DNA of 49,691 bases from Chitinophagales bacterium. GTDB lineage: Bacteria; Bacteroidota; Bacteroidia; Chitinophagales; Chitinophagaceae. The stretch lies in contig JBBSJN010000001.1 of the NCBI GenBank assembly GCA_038257235.1, positions 1 to 49,691 of the forward strand. Reading direction: 5' to 3'. Under the pieces are notes generated by a model. The model saw only the letters and a list, made by a program, of their open reading frames with translations, was not told where the DNA came from and ran no database searches. The position numbers and the translations under genes are program-made. Shown in pieces: positions 47,594 to 49,691 of this stretch (its first letter is position 1; the number at the start of each line of letters is the position of its first letter).

Positions 47594-48541
47594 ATGAAAG
47601 CAACAGTTTATAAATCCACCGGAAGCTGGTATATTATTAAAGATGAGAACGACAAATTCTGGAATGCCCGGATGAAAGGGGTGATGAAGATTGATGATAT
47701 TACTTCTACCAATCCTGTGGCAGTCGGTGATGATGTGGAATTTGAAATAGAGAATGAACTGGATGGTACTGCCATGATTGATGAGATTCATCGACGTAAC
47801 AATTATATTAACCGGCAATCGCCACGCAATAAATACCAGCATCATATTGTAGCTGCCAATCTTGACCAGTCAATGCTGGTGGCAACGCTGAAAGAACCTA
47901 AAACTTCACAAGGGTTTATTGACCGTTTTCTGGTTGCTTCCGAAATGTATCATGTGAAACCATTTATTGTTTTAAATAAATCTGATTTATACAAAGCAAA
48001 AGAAATGCAAAAATATCAGGACTGGAAAGCAATGTATGAAGCAGTTGGTTACAAAGTATTTTTAGTAAGTGCTGAAAAAAAGGAGGGTGTTGAAGGGGTT
48101 TTGGAAATGCTGAAAAATAAAACAACACTCATCAGCGGACATAGTGGTGTAGGCAAATCATCTTTTTTGAATGTCATATTTCCTGATAAAATTTTAAAGA
48201 CCCAGGAAGTAAGTGGCTGGAGTGGCAAAGGGCAGCATACAACTACGTTTGCTGAAATGTATGATCTTCCCCTGCCTGCCGGACAGGCAGGTTTTGGAGG
48301 ACGCATTATTGATACACCTGGAATGAGGGAATTTGGCTTGGTGGATATTGACAAACAGGAAGTATCTCATTATTTTCCTGAAATGAGAGATAGATTAAAT
48401 AATTGCCAGTTCAATAATTGCCTCCATTTTAGTGAACCTGGCTGTGCTATTAAAGAAGCAACTGTTAATGGTGAAATACATGAAAACCGATATGTGAGTT
48501 ATGTGAATATTATGGAAAGTATTGAGCAAAGAAGTTATTAA
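47594..48541 (+). CDS. rsgA: Small ribosomal subunit-dependent GTPase RsgA (start revised to MKATVYKSTGSWY)
   Basis: VAVGD.V, AANLD, NKSD (G4), GHSGVGKSS (G1), G.HTTT, DTPG, CQFNNCLH..EPGC zinc finger. Confidence 0.96.
   Translation: MKATVYKSTGSWYIIKDENDKFWNARMKGVMKIDDITSTNPVAVGDDVEFEIENELDGTAMIDEIHRRNNYINRQSPRNKYQHHIVAANLDQSMLVATLKEPKTSQGFIDRFLVASEMYHVKPFIVLNKSDLYKAKEMQKYQDWKAMYEAVGYKVFLVSAEKKEGVEGVLEMLKNKTTLISGHSGVGKSSFLNVIFPDKILKTQEVSGWSGKGQHTTTFAEMYDLPLPAGQAGFGGRIIDTPGMREFGLVDIDKQEVSHYFPEMRDRLNNCQFNNCLHFSEPGCAIKEATVNGEIHENRYVSYVNIMESIEQRSY
48271..48291 (+). repeat. Family A mini-palindrome (21 nt), in frame in rsgA
   Basis: CCTGCCTGCCGGACAGGCAGG; removal gives MYDLPFGGRIIDTPG. Confidence 0.9.
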
Positions 48542-48569
48542 CCCCCTGTTCCCCTAAAGGAGAGACTTA
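48542..48569 (-). repeat. Empty host-type REP variant directly after the rsgA stop
   Basis: CCCCCTGTTCCCCTAAAGGAGAGACTTA versus host reverse complement CCCCTGTCCCCTAAAGGGGAACTTA. Confidence 0.7.
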
Positions 48570-48826
48570 AAGATAATTTGCATTTTAGCTTTATTAATTC
48601 ACTCAGAATAAAATTGATGAAATTATTTTGCTCTGAATATGGGCCTTTTGTAGTGAAGAGAAAAAAACTTGCTGAGTAATTACCCCGGAGGGGTAAAAAT
48701 ATTAATAGAAAAGAAATAAAGAGAAACAGCAAAACCCTGTAAGGGTTCAATATGTTTTAGGAATTTGCACTTTTGACCGGGTAAATATTTTCAATCCCTT
48801 TAAAACCCATAATAGGAAAGGGTTCT

Positions 48827-48864
48827 AAGCCCCCTCTTTTTTGGAGAGAGGGTTGGGGGAGAGG
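48827..48864 (+). repeat. Empty REP-like host palindrome after porP
   Basis: AAGCCCCCTCTTTTTTGGAGAGAGGGTTGGGGGAGAGG, same layout as the 46372 and 13501 elements. Confidence 0.65.
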
Positions 48865-48881
48865 TCTTGAAAGAAAAAATA

Positions 48882-49691
48882 TTAGAAACGGGGGCAGTTT
48901 AATTTTCTTAAACTCCTGTCAACAGGCTTCTTAATATAGATAAGAGAGATTTCCATTCCGCCTCTTGTATTACTGGCTGGTTTCAGGCTTGATGTATTGG
49001 CATCGTACGTAGCGCCAATCTGTATGCCTGAAAACTCAATACCGATATATGGAATGGCAGCATCATTAAATCTGTACCATGCGCCCAAATAAACATTAAC
49101 CGGATCGTCTTCATCTCTGTTTACACTATAAGAAAAAGCACCGCCTACAATGGTGTTATGAGCTTTTGCCTGTATGCTATGGTTGGCAGACACATGTAAA
49201 GAATTATAACTGCCTACCGGAATTTTTCCTCCTGCCTGCAATGTTGTTCTTGGCGATAGTATAAATTGCCCACCTTGAAAACTTTCTTTGGGCCTGTTGA
49301 TATGATACATGGAGGCACCGATATAGAAATTATTATAACCATTTGTTGTACCCGAATATAAAAGCCCTGCGTTTATATCTGCATAGCTTACGTTGATCTG
49401 TTGGTTCAAAAATATTTCACCTGTTGTGCCGGGCACAAAGCCAAGTGGTGTTAACTCATCTTCAAAGTAAACTTTTTGAAGATCAAGTCGCTTATTAAGA
49501 TAAGCCCCCTGAAAACCAGCACTGATTGAGTGATAACCATTTTCATCCAATCCTTTATGATAGGCAAGTGATAATCCGGCTCCGTTTGTAACCAATACAC
49601 CATCACCGGCCCGGTCGGTATAACCTAAAATACCAACTCCCATCTGATCAATATCTGGTAATTTATCTTTTAGGATGCCAAAATCTACAGA
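48882..49691 (-). CDS. PorP/SprF family T9SS membrane protein (5' end beyond window)
   Basis: Frame stays open to the window end; D.NAGLLY, G.SMYHINRP, GAWYR..DA, G.TYD..TS.L......GG.EISL.Y. Confidence 0.85.
   Translation of the reverse strand, partial: SVDFGILKDKLPDIDQMGVGILGYTDRAGDGVLVTNGAGLSLAYHKGLDENGYHSISAGFQGAYLNKRLDLQKVYFEDELTPLGFVPGTTGEIFLNQQINVSYADINAGLLYSGTTNGYNNFYIGASMYHINRPKESFQGGQFILSPRTTLQAGGKIPVGSYNSLHVSANHSIQAKAHNTIVGGAFSYSVNRDEDDPVNVYLGAWYRFNDAAIPYIGIEFSGIQIGATYDANTSSLKPASNTRGGMEISLIYIKKPVDRSLRKLNCPRF

Overview
AT-rich Bacteroidota chromosomal segment, probably Chitinophagaceae (inferred from gene content and TAnnTTTG promoters). Most of it is housekeeping and envelope genes: a cobalamin riboswitch with btuB, other TonB-dependent receptors, TolC plus adaptor, gpsA, hemW, a BamA/TamA-like protein, hemD, gldKLMN, uvrC, an ECF sigma with a partner gene, gpmI, nadC, SUI1, icd, apaG, a desaturase, gldB, nadE, moxR-DUF58-batA, rsgA and a porP/sprF. 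I found no transposase, tRNA, rRNA or CRISPR array. The striking signal is a layered set of very short GC-rich palindromic elements. Family A (20-21 nt, CCTGYCTGCC-RAC-AGGCAGG, 5 copies) and family B (26-27 nt, 3 copies, with a compensatory base-pair change) are inserted without an evident target duplication, mostly into larger REP-like host hairpins. An exact filled/empty allele pair is visible at 38517-38566 versus 38844-38873. Copies also sit inside the B12 riboswitch and, as multiples of 3 nt, in frame in RsgA and a TonB-dependent receptor. A candidate short sRNA downstream of gldN and two small ORFs are also noted. All product calls come from motif recognition by eye; no database searches were run.
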